NCBI GenBank assembly: GCA_031411295.1
Contig: JANOAV010000019.1
Location: 1 to 13,709 of the forward strand
Length of the DNA: 13,709 nt
Origin: Verrucomicrobiales bacterium
GTDB taxonomy: Bacteria > Verrucomicrobiota > Verrucomicrobiia > Verrucomicrobiales > V1-33
Reading direction: 5' to 3'
Shown here: piece after piece, positions 6,341 through 13,709 of the stretch
How the letters are laid out: every line of letters begins with the position of its first letter
Position numbering within the stretch: the stretch's first letter is position 1
Position numbers and translations under genes: made by a program
The notes under the pieces: model-generated
The model's input: the letters and a program-made list of their open reading frames with translations, nothing else
Told to the model about the DNA's origin: nothing
Database searches by the model: none

Positions 6341-7008
6341 AAGTTTTGGGTAGAGATTCTAGTTTCGGAAATGACCGCAGGCTCCTCGACTGGTTCTGGG
6401 GCGGCGGCCGCTGGCGGGGGCTCGGGTTGCTTCCACCAGTTGGCCACGTAGGCCGCAGCGAAAACCCCGACCAATGGACCAACCAACGCCGTCAAAAGGA
6501 TCCAAATGGGAAACCTGCCTAGGATGACGCCAGTCAAGGCACCGGTAGGGTGGGCCAAGGCCCCCTCAAAAGAACTGACAGCGGTATAGGCCGCCAAGCC
6601 CACCAGCACTCCGGTAAAGGCACTCAGGGAGGTCGGCAGTGCTTCCGTAAATCGCAGATAGGCTAGTCCGAAGACAAAGCTAGCCATGATTTCCAATCCC
6701 AGAATCCGTAATGCCCGGAATCCATCCCAGGCCTCTGCGGGAACCTGATAATACCAGATCAATCCCAGCAGACTGGCCGCCAAGGCCCCGATTCCCTGGG
6801 CCGCGAGTCGTTGCAGTCCGACCGGCAGCGTGATCTGCCCCCCCAAATAGGAGGCAACCGTGAGGACGGGATTGTATTGCCCACCAAAGCTGTAAAAGAG
6901 CACCACATATAGCCCGGCTGTGGTCGCTGGATTGTGGCCCAGAGGCAGGGCCAGACACAGCAACAGGGAACCAAGAAACTCAGCTATCAAAGATCGGTTG
7001 AAAATCAT
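6337..7008 (-). CDS. Divergent major intrinsic protein (aquaporin-like channel)
   Basis: Helix-1 AEFLGS, loop-B GGQYNPVLT, AQGIGALAAS and helix-4 Glu (GLEI). Loop E reads LAHPTG in place of NPAR. About six hydrophobic segments. Confidence 0.75.
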   Translation of the reverse strand: MIFNRSLIAEFLGSLLLCLALPLGHNPATTAGLYVVLFYSFGGQYNPVLTVASYLGGQITLPVGLQRLAAQGIGALAASLLGLIWYYQVPAEAWDGFRALRILGLEIMASFVFGLAYLRFTEALPTSLSAFTGVLVGLAAYTAVSSFEGALAHPTGALTGVILGRFPIWILLTALVGPLVGVFAAAYVANWWKQPEPPPAAAAPEPVEEPAVISETRISTQNL

Positions 7009-7013
7009 CCTTC

Positions 7014-7043
7014 AGACTAGATATGGCTTGCTTGGGAGCAAGC
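7014..7043 (-). promoter_or_regulatory. Candidate internal promoter for the MIP gene, overlapped by an 18-bp palindrome
   Basis: Minus strand TTGCTC-16 bp-TAGTCT ends 5 nt before ATG 7008. GCTTGCT-TGGG-AGCAAGC (7026-7043) covers the -35. Confidence 0.4.
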
Positions 7044-7057
7044 AAAAATCACGTCCC

Positions 7058-7795
7058 TTAACACGTCCGCTGCCGCTCATAGAGCAGAACCTCCACGGCA
7101 GCCGCTTGCTCCGGGGTATCAACCCCCGGACTGTCTTCGTTTGTTGAGATAACCTGAATCGCGCCGCCGTTTTCCAGCGCCCGCAGTTGCTCCAAGCCCT
7201 CCGTCAATTCCAACATTGAGGGCGGCCAAGCCACGAACTGCATCAGAAATTCCCGCCGATACCCATAGATCCCCTTGTGCCAGAGCCAGTTTCCATGCTC
7301 CCCATTCCGGGGATAGGGAATGCGACTCCGGCTGAAATAAAGCGCCCGCCCCGTGGTCGTCGTCGTGACCTTCACAATATTTGGATCATCCAATAATGCC
7401 CGATTTTCCAAAGGAGCCGCCGCCGTGACCATGGAAAGGCTGGGATCGCTCACCAGCGCGGCCGCTAATTGACCGATCAGCTCTGGCGAAATTAACGGTT
7501 CGTCGCCCTGCACATTAAGAATAAACTCCGCCTCCGGAATCTGAGCCGCAACTTCGGCCAGGCGATCGGTCCCACTGGGATGATCTGGCGAGGTCATGCA
7601 GACCTCTGCCCCAAAGGCTTCGGCTGCCACCTGAATCCGCCGATCATCCGTGGCAATGACCACTCGATCCAAGCCCCGGCACGACTGGCATCGTTCCCAG
7701 ACATGCTGAACCAATGGCTTGCCCGCGATTAAATAAAGTGGTTTGCCCGGAAAGCGCGTGGAGGCGTAACGCGCCGGAATTACAGCTAGTATCAT
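7058..7795 (-). CDS. kdsB: 3-deoxy-manno-octulosonate cytidylyltransferase (CMP-KDO synthetase)
   Basis: IPARYASTRFPGKPL, HPSGTDRLAE, NVQGDEP, ALYFSRSRIP, EGLEQLRALE, GVDTPE. Confidence 0.97.
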   Translation of the reverse strand: MILAVIPARYASTRFPGKPLYLIAGKPLVQHVWERCQSCRGLDRVVIATDDRRIQVAAEAFGAEVCMTSPDHPSGTDRLAEVAAQIPEAEFILNVQGDEPLISPELIGQLAAALVSDPSLSMVTAAAPLENRALLDDPNIVKVTTTTTGRALYFSRSRIPYPRNGEHGNWLWHKGIYGYRREFLMQFVAWPPSMLELTEGLEQLRALENGGAIQVISTNEDSPGVDTPEQAAAVEVLLYERQRTC

Positions 7796-7811
7796 CTTGG
7801 TGGCTAGGGCT

Positions 7812-8693
7812 CTATGGCTTCTTTTTGGGGGGCGTTTTCGGATTCTTTTTGGGATCCTTTTTCGGGTCCTTTTTGGGATCGACTTTCGGTGGCGGCTTCA
7901 CGGGTTTGGGCTCGGCAAATACCACCGGTTTGTTGACCCCCACCAACGAATTGACCCCGCGAGCGAAGTAAGACTGCTTGGTCCCCACTTTTTCCGGCAC
8001 GAAATAGACCTGCCCGCTTAGGGTAACCGTGTCCCCCACCCCAAACAATCGCACTGGTGGCAATGGCGCGGCGGCCTTGGGGGCGACAGCGGCATCGGTT
8101 GCCGATGGGGGCGTGGGATACTGGATGATCGATCCTTGCTCCAGCTTCAATTTCATTTTTGATCCGCCAAAGACCGATTCATGGGTCCCCGCAGCAAGGG
8201 CAACCCCGCCCTCCAATGCAATGATCATGGTCTCCAAGTTACTCTCCTTAAAGATGATAATATTCTCAACTTTTCCGGAGACCCGGGCCACCACGCCGCC
8301 ACCCGGCCCCGGCACAGGAACTCCAATCCGATAAATTTGGCTGGCCTGTTTGGAGGAGACCGCCAGACTGGATTTATTACCGACCGGAGTGGCCGGAGCA
8401 GCCCCGTTGCCGCTTGCCGCACCTAGTTTAGCATTAAGAAGTTTTATGATCCCATCCTTTTCTCCAGCCAGAAACTTCTGATCTTCGATACTCAGAAAGT
8501 TGACCGGCACCTCGGAATCAGTTCCGGCTGGACTCCGCAACTTCACCTTGGAGGCTTCCCAGCTTACCAACGTGGACTTAAGTTCTTTGCCTTCGCTATT
8601 TTTCCAAGCCCGGATCTCCCAAGGCAAGGACTCTCCTAAGCTGGCGCAGCAGAGGACGATGGAGCAAAGGGTGAAGAACGGAACAATTTTCAT
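7812..8693 (-). CDS. Secreted protein with an SHD1 (SLA1 homology) domain and a basic DPKK-repeat tail
   Basis: Signal peptide MKIVPFFTLCSIVLCCASLG. RAWKNSEGKELKSTLV...VKL...VPVNFLSIEDQKFL fits the SHD1 pattern common in PVC bacteria. Confidence 0.75.
   Translation of the reverse strand: MKIVPFFTLCSIVLCCASLGESLPWEIRAWKNSEGKELKSTLVSWEASKVKLRSPAGTDSEVPVNFLSIEDQKFLAGEKDGIIKLLNAKLGAASGNGAAPATPVGNKSSLAVSSKQASQIYRIGVPVPGPGGGVVARVSGKVENIIIFKESNLETMIIALEGGVALAAGTHESVFGGSKMKLKLEQGSIIQYPTPPSATDAAVAPKAAAPLPPVRLFGVGDTVTLSGQVYFVPEKVGTKQSYFARGVNSLVGVNKPVVFAEPKPVKPPPKVDPKKDPKKDPKKNPKTPPKKKP
7836..7880. repeat. Degenerate 12-bp tandem repeat encoding DPKK-DPKK-DPKK-NPK
   Basis: Minus-strand codons GATCCCAAAAAG GACCCGAAAAAG GATCCCAAAAAG AATCCGAAA. 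Confidence 0.75.
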
Positions 8694-8855
8694 TGGCAAT
8701 GAATGGCTTTTACACAGCTACTCAAAGGACAGGCAGGATGCAATCCTGTTTTCAAGAAAGAATCTACCTTGGGTCTCCTTCCTCCTTGGCCGCTTTGAAC
8801 GAGTCAAGATTTGCGCATTGGGGAATATTTTAGAAGGCAGTCAGCCGCTCACATC

Positions 8856-8875
8856 TGCTAGTAATATGACTAGCA
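8856..8875. promoter_or_regulatory. Near-perfect 20-bp palindrome, candidate operator in the divergent intergenic region
   Basis: TGCTAGT-AATATG-ACTAGCA is self-complementary at 18/20 positions. A perfect GAGATATCTC follows at 8882-8891. Confidence 0.45.
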
Positions 8876-9047
8876 TTAAATGAGATATCTCTCGGGAATC
8901 CTCAGGTGAATGGGGAGGCACCAAAAATATTGGAGACTTTAAAAAAACGCAAGAACAAACTAAAAATTACTAGACTTTATGGTTTTTATAGCTAACTTAG
9001 ACGAAACCTTTAAAACACCGAGCCAATTCCCCCACCCCGACACCGTT

Positions 9048-9449
9048 ATGCGCGCCAGTAAAAAAGTTCTGATCGTCGAAGATCACAAAGACAGTTGTCT
9101 TTGGATTTCGGCCGTATTACGCCAGTCCGGTTTCAAAACCTTGGAGGCCAATGACGGCACCATGGGCGTGCAACTGGCCCGCCGCGAGCGCCCTGATCTA
9201 ATTCTCCTCGATATTCACCTGCCAGCCGGTTCAGGTTATTTTGTGCTGGAAAGCCTCAAGAAGGTGGAGGAAACACGCTCCATTCCCGTGATCGTGATGA
9301 CGGGCGATTTGGATCTGGATGATGAAGAAATTCGCGAATACGGAGCCACTTCCATTTTCCGCAAACCGATGGATGTGACCGCGTTCGTGAAGGAAATCCA
9401 CACGGTGATCGAGAACTATAAGGCCATGAGCCTGGTGCTCCCGGCTTAA
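9048..9449 (+). CDS. Single-domain CheY-like response regulator
   Basis: KVLIVEDH, PDLILLDIHLP (phosphoacceptor Asp), MTG, FRKP. No output domain. ATG 9048 preferred; 8979 is possible. Confidence 0.9.
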   Translation: MRASKKVLIVEDHKDSCLWISAVLRQSGFKTLEANDGTMGVQLARRERPDLILLDIHLPAGSGYFVLESLKKVEETRSIPVIVMTGDLDLDDEEIREYGATSIFRKPMDVTAFVKEIHTVIENYKAMSLVLPA

Positions 9450-9484
9450 GTCAGGTCAGCGTAGCGTTTTGCCCATTTCCGGGG

Positions 9485-9512
9485 TTGCGGGATGAGGCTT
9501 CCTTTCTAGGCT
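9485..9512 (+). promoter_or_regulatory. Candidate metF promoter (near-leaderless)
   Basis: TTGCGG-16 bp-TAGGCT, ending 8 nt before ATG 9521. Confidence 0.45.
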
Positions 9513-9520
9513 CCAGCGTC

Positions 9521-10423
9521 ATGCATATTCACGATATCTTCGCCTCCGCCCCCACCACCTTTTCCTTCGAGTTCTTCCCTCCCAAAGGCCCAGAAGCCGT
9601 GGAGCGTCTTTTCGAGACGGTTAGTCAATTGGAAGATTACAAACCAGATTTTGTCAGCGTAACCTATGGCGCGGGCGGCACGACCCGAGAACTGACCCAC
9701 GATCTCGTGATCCGCATCAAGGAAAAGGGGCTCCTGGATCCCATCCCACACCTGACCTGCGTGAGCCAGGGGGAAACGGAGGTGCAAGAAATTCTGGAAC
9801 GCTATGCGCACGCCGGCGTCAGCAATTTGCTCGCCCTGCGGGGCGATCCGCCGCGTGATAAACCAAACTACGACTGGAGTGGCGACGCCTTCAAACACGC
9901 GGCGGATTTGGTGAAATTCATCAAGAAATTCAATGACAGCGGAGCCCATCCTGACCAACGCGGTTTCGGCATTGGCGTGGCCGGCTTCCCTGAAGGCCAC
10001 CCGCTAACCCCGAATCGCTTGGATGAAATGGACTTCCTCAAGGCCAAGGTGGACGCTGGCGCAGACTACATCTGCACCCAGTTATTCTTCGCCAACCATG
10101 ACTTCTACGACTTCCGCGAGCGCTGTGACCTGGCGGGCATCCATGTCCCCATCATAGCCGGCATCATGCCCATCACCACCACCAGCGGCATGAAGCGCAT
10201 GGCGGAGCTAGCGGCTGGGAGCCGGTATCCTGCCAAACTCTTAAAAGAGCTGAAACGGGCCGGAGACAATCAGGAATCCGTCCGCCGCGTGGGCCTCCAT
10301 TACGCCACCGAGCAATGCGCCGATCTCTTGAATAACAAAGTAGCCGGTATCCATTTCTACACGCTAAATCAATCCAGCGCCACTCGGGAGATTTACGCTA
10401 ATCTAGGGCTGAAGTCGCTCTAG
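9521..10423 (+). CDS. metF: 5,10-methylenetetrahydrofolate reductase
   Basis: SFEFFPPK, FVSVTYGAGG, PHLTC, LALRGDPP, AGFPEGHP, KVDAGADYICTQLFF, GIHFYTLN. Confidence 0.97.
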   Translation: MHIHDIFASAPTTFSFEFFPPKGPEAVERLFETVSQLEDYKPDFVSVTYGAGGTTRELTHDLVIRIKEKGLLDPIPHLTCVSQGETEVQEILERYAHAGVSNLLALRGDPPRDKPNYDWSGDAFKHAADLVKFIKKFNDSGAHPDQRGFGIGVAGFPEGHPLTPNRLDEMDFLKAKVDAGADYICTQLFFANHDFYDFRERCDLAGIHVPIIAGIMPITTTSGMKRMAELAAGSRYPAKLLKELKRAGDNQESVRRVGLHYATEQCADLLNNKVAGIHFYTLNQSSATREIYANLGLKSL

Positions 10424-10442
10424 AGTCCGCAGTTCCCCTAAT

Positions 10443-10709
10443 TTACTTGGTTCTTCGGCGTTCCGAGCGGATGCGGTAGAGGCGTTCTGTGAAGCCTCCT
10501 TCATCAGTAAAGGCTGCCGCTTGTGCGGCAAGCTGCCGATCCAGCAGGCCGCAGGCAACACTCAGGAGAACCAGAGCTGCGTTGGCGGAGGATTCACGGT
10601 AATCTTTGGACTTGGTGGACAGAGTGGACAGGGTGGACTGGCCTTCCGATCCACCTTGTCCAATCTCTTTGCGGCTGATCCCCAGAATCCAAGCCGCTAC
10701 CCCGTCCAC
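10443..10709 (-). pseudogene. C-terminal remnant of a four-helix-bundle suffix-domain protein
   Basis: ANAALVLLSVACGLLDRQLAAQAAAFTDEGGFTERLYRIRSERRR matches the four-helix-bundle suffix domain (EGGFTERLY). The N-terminal bundle domain is absent, and the longer ORF runs into the dinG start. An in-frame ATG exists at 10742. Confidence 0.7.
10603..10638. repeat. 4 x 9-bp periodic repeat (TGGAC core) encoding STLSTLSTKS
   Basis: TGGAC at 10607, 10616, 10625 and 10634. Confidence 0.75.
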
Positions 10710-10756
10710 TTTCCAGTTTCCCTTTCGGAAATCCGCGCGCATACAGTCCGTTACCA

Positions 10757-12829
10757 ATGGAACGCTTCCGACCAGAAGACATGCTAGACGACGATTCGAT
10801 GGATCATTTCGATGATCCACCGTCTCGCGAATACGTGCGCATTGAGGAGCCGGTGGAACCGGAACTCGTCGCGGAAATGCGTTCCGCCTTCTCTGAGGCG
10901 GGCTGGATGGCTCGCTCGCGGGATTTCGAGTATCGGCCGGAGCAGCAAACGATGGCGCAGGAAGTGGCGCGCGCGCTGGAGTTGAAGAAACCCGTCGTCA
11001 TCGAAGCGGGCACGGGCGTGGGGAAATCGCTCGCCTACCTGATCCCCTCCGTGCTGTATGCCATGCGGAACAAACGCAAGGCGGTCATTTCCACGCACAC
11101 GATCAATTTGCAGGAGCAACTCATGTCCAAGGACATTCCGTTAGTCCGCAAAGTGATCCCCAAGGAATTCCAGGAATTCAAAGCGGTCCTGCTCAAGGGA
11201 CGCTCCAACTACCTCTGCACCCGCCGCATGGGCCGCGCCTTTAGTCAGCAGGGGGAACTCTTCACGACAGGCGAACAAGAGGAACTCCGCCGCATTTCCG
11301 ACTGGGCCCGACGCTCGCCTGACGGCACCCTATCCGATCTGGATTTCACCCCCTCCCCTGCCGTCTGGGCGCAGATTTGCAGTGAGCAGGGCATCTGCAC
11401 CGCGCGCACTTGCGGAGCGGACAGCGGATGTTTCTATCAGGCTGCGAAACGAAAAATTGCCGAGGCCGACGTCATCGTAGTGAACCACACGCTCTTCTTT
11501 ACGCTGCTTTCCAGCACGGAGAACATGAGCGCGGAGGGCACCGGATTCCTCTATCCCAATGATTTTCTCGTGATGGACGAAGCGCACACGCTGGAAAGTA
11601 TTGCCGCCAAACAACTCGGCCTGAACCTCTCGCAATCCTCGCTGCGCTTTGATTTGCATCGGCTTTACAATCCGCGCACCAAAAAAGGCCTCTTCTCCCT
11701 GGCCAAAAGTTATGATGGCCTGCGCGAACTGGAACAAACCGCCGAGGCTGCGGAGGAGTTTTTCTACGACGTCCAGCACGCTTGTAAATTTTCCCCAGCA
11801 GGTCGGGAATACCGCGTGCGGCAACCCGCGTTAGTGCAGGATTCACTGAGCGATCACCTGGCCAGGCTCACGAATCGCATCCGCATGATTTGCGATGACA
11901 AAACGCTCAACGAAGGCCTCACGCCGGAGCTTCAGGAGCTAAGCCGACGCATCATGAGCATCCGCTTGGAGCTGGAAGAATTCCTCAGCATACGGGGCAA
12001 AGACCGCGTTTACTGGGTGGAACGCAACGGCCCGGATGGGCGGAATACCAGCCTGCATGGCGCTCCGATTGATGTCGCTGCTTTGCTACGGGAAATATTC
12101 TTTAACGGGCAAAAGTCCTGCATCCTAACTAGTGCTACCTTTGCCGCAGGCGAGCCGGAATTGGGCTACTTCCGGCGGCGGGTCGGAGCAGAGAAAGTTC
12201 GCGCCATTGAACTGGGAAGTCCGTTCGACTATCAAAAGCAGATGAAACTGTATTTGGTGCGAGTGATGCCGGAGCCGAATCACCCGGACTACGAGCCCGC
12301 CCTGGAAAGCTACATTCAGCGGTTCTGCGAGGAGTCGAAAGGTCGCGCCTTTGTGCTCTTCACCAGCTACCGACTCATGGAATCCATGGCCGGACGGATG
12401 CAGAAATATTTCGCCAAGAAGCGCTGGGATCTTCTGGTGCAAGGGAAAGGCAAGCCACGCCATCAATTGCTGGCGGATTTCAAAGAAGACGTGAGCAGCG
12501 TGCTCTTCGCCACCGAGAGCTTCTGGACGGGCGTGGATGTGCCGGGCGAAGCGCTCTCCAACGTCATCATTACCCGACTCCCCTTTGCGGTGCCTGACCA
12601 TCCGCTAACCGCCGCACGACTCGAAGCCATCGAGGATCGGGGCGGCAATCCGTTCATGGAATACTCCGTGCCCGAGGCCATTCTCAAGCTCCGCCAAGGC
12701 ATCGGCCGCCTCATCCGCAACAAGAAGGATCAAGGCATAGCGGTCATCCTGGACAACCGCGTCCTCACCAAGCAATACGGCAAGCAGTTCCTCAAAGCCA
12801 TGCCGGATGCCCCACGGATTATCGTGTGA
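10757..12829 (+). CDS. dinG: ATP-dependent DNA helicase, DinG/YoaA (XPD) family, Fe-S type
   Basis: Q motif (YRPEQ), Walker A EAGTGVGKS, Cys cluster (NYLC...IC-x5-C-x4-C-x5-CF), DEAH, LTSAT, FWTGVDVPG, QGIGRLIR. Start codon uncertain (10757, 10781 or 10799). Confidence 0.93.
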   Translation: MERFRPEDMLDDDSMDHFDDPPSREYVRIEEPVEPELVAEMRSAFSEAGWMARSRDFEYRPEQQTMAQEVARALELKKPVVIEAGTGVGKSLAYLIPSVLYAMRNKRKAVISTHTINLQEQLMSKDIPLVRKVIPKEFQEFKAVLLKGRSNYLCTRRMGRAFSQQGELFTTGEQEELRRISDWARRSPDGTLSDLDFTPSPAVWAQICSEQGICTARTCGADSGCFYQAAKRKIAEADVIVVNHTLFFTLLSSTENMSAEGTGFLYPNDFLVMDEAHTLESIAAKQLGLNLSQSSLRFDLHRLYNPRTKKGLFSLAKSYDGLRELEQTAEAAEEFFYDVQHACKFSPAGREYRVRQPALVQDSLSDHLARLTNRIRMICDDKTLNEGLTPELQELSRRIMSIRLELEEFLSIRGKDRVYWVERNGPDGRNTSLHGAPIDVAALLREIFFNGQKSCILTSATFAAGEPELGYFRRRVGAEKVRAIELGSPFDYQKQMKLYLVRVMPEPNHPDYEPALESYIQRFCEESKGRAFVLFTSYRLMESMAGRMQKYFAKKRWDLLVQGKGKPRHQLLADFKEDVSSVLFATESFWTGVDVPGEALSNVIITRLPFAVPDHPLTAARLEAIEDRGGNPFMEYSVPEAILKLRQGIGRLIRNKKDQGIAVILDNRVLTKQYGKQFLKAMPDAPRIIV

Positions 12830-12844
12830 AATTTTGAGCGTGAC

Positions 12845-12887
12845 CGCAGTCCGCTGAACTGCGCTAAGAACGAGTGTGGAGCACTCG
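12845..12887. repeat. Pair of short hairpins after dinG, REP-like
   Basis: CGCAGT/ACTGCG (12845-12863) and CGAGTG/CACTCG (12871-12887). Confidence 0.35.
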
Positions 12888-12984
12888 GCCCGACTGCTTC
12901 CCCCCGATCCGATCCCACAAGCCTCCGTCCTCCACCTTCTACCCATTTCCGTGCCTCTCCCGCACTAAAATTTCCACCCAAACC

Positions 12985-13012
12985 TTGCCAACTTTTCCGC
13001 CCGCTCTAAACT
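12985..13012 (+). promoter_or_regulatory. Candidate promoter upstream of the hsdM remnant
   Basis: TTGCCA-16 bp-TAAACT. Confidence 0.4.
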
Positions 13013-13194
13013 AGCCACCTAACGGTGCCCATTTTGCATTTGAGCGCCCCACGATTTCTTTCCGATTCTTCTTCTCTTAAGTGCCAGCCAAGACCAAATC
13101 CACCGCCAAAGACCCCAGCACCGCCACCATCGGCTTCGAGGCCAAGCTCTGGCTCACCGCCGACAAGCTGCGGAACAACATGGACGCGGCGGAG

Positions 13195-13257
13195 CCGAGC
13201 GGAGCGAGACAGACTGCCGCAGGTAGCCCGAAGGGTGAGCGCGGGGGCGTTCATCAA
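13195..13257 (+). repeat. 63-nt in-frame palindromic insert in hsdM (PSGARQTAAGSPKGERGGVHQ)
   Basis: A non-HsdM peptide directly after MDAAE. Contains mini-hairpins CTGCC-GCA-GGTAG and CCC-GAA-GGG. Confidence 0.55.
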
Positions 13258-13524
13258 TTCTACACCCCGTCCTGCGTCGTGCGCTGGGCTTACGGGGTGC
13301 CGCCCAAGGGAAATGCCAACTTCGCCTAGGTGCAGCATTTCATTCCTCACCTAGCGCCTCAAGGCATGGCGGGCTTGGTGTTGGCGAATGCCAGCATGAG
13401 TTCCAATCAGTAGGGCGAAGGAGACATCCGCCGAGCCGACCTCGTGGACTGCATGGTCGCCCTCCCCGGCCAGCTCTTCTACAGCACGCGGATCCCCGTC
13501 TGCCTCTGGTTCCTCGCGAAAAGC

Positions 13525-13586
13525 AAGAGGGGAGCGGGCGGCTCACCCTTTCTTCAGATCACGGGCAAGCTGCCCGTGCCCCTCTT
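13525..13586. repeat. REP/REPIN-like palindromic element inserted in hsdM
   Basis: Terminal IR AAGAGGGG/CCCCTCTT, with an inner perfect hairpin CACGGGCA-AGC-TGCCCGTG (13560-13578). Coincides with the hsdM frameshift. Confidence 0.65.
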
Positions 13587-13677
13587 CGCGACCATCGCAA
13601 ACAAACCCTCTTCATCGACGCCCGCAAACTCGGCACCCTCATCGACTGGCGCAGTGAAACCGGTGTCCATGCCTAAG

Positions 13678-13702
13678 GTGGTCCGCACCGTCCTCTGTGC
13701 GG
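13678..13702 (+). repeat. GTRG-type REP-like hairpin
   Basis: GTGG followed by a CCGCAC/GTGCGG stem with an 8-nt loop. Confidence 0.45.
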
Positions 13703-13709
13703 TTCAAAG

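Larger units (their letters stand above)
13081..13646 (+). pseudogene. hsdM: Collapsed type I restriction-modification M subunit
   Basis: Ordered HsdM fragments: IGFEAKLWLTADKLRNNMDAAE / QFYTPSCVVR / [77 protein letters not shown], then in another frame [23 protein letters not shown] stops at 13327-13329 and 13411-13413. The SAM-binding and NPPF motifs are missing. Confidence 0.9.

Noticed and set aside
10700..10765. Possible LexA box upstream of dinG
   Set aside because: No TGTTC-N4-GAACA match; the CGTTA...GAACG pair has the wrong spacing.
13006..13354. 114-aa minus and 109-aa plus ORFs
   Set aside because: Shadow frames of the hsdM remnant.
13327..13413. TAG codons in hsdM as recoding (pyrrolysine or alternative code)
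   Set aside because: TAG ends intact genes here (folE2, rpmG, metF). The two TAGs replace different residues in a gene that also lacks its catalytic motifs.

Overview
A bacterial chromosomal segment, very probably from the Verrucomicrobiota. That assignment rests on a TGTTC-N4-GAACA LexA box, PEP-CTERM, SHD1 and DUF5069-like proteins, and SD-less C-rich translation starts. From left to right: (1) the 3' part of a large secreted FN3/Ig-repeat protein, then a PEP-CTERM remnant; (2) a minus-strand run dksA-rpmG-rpsR-folE2 in which all four products are zinc-free variants (rpmG, 57 aa, is missing from the ORF track; DksA has a long histone-H1-like N-terminus); (3) lexA, divergent from dksA, with a perfect and a degenerate SOS box; (4) a minus-strand run of an SHD1 protein, kdsB, a divergent MIP/aquaporin and a DUF5069-like gene; (5) a single-domain response regulator, metF, a truncated four-helix-bundle-suffix gene and a DinG/YoaA helicase; (6) a collapsed type I R-M hsdM pseudogene carrying palindromic REP-like insertions, one of them an in-frame 63-nt insert. 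All family assignments come from motif recognition by eye; no searches were run.
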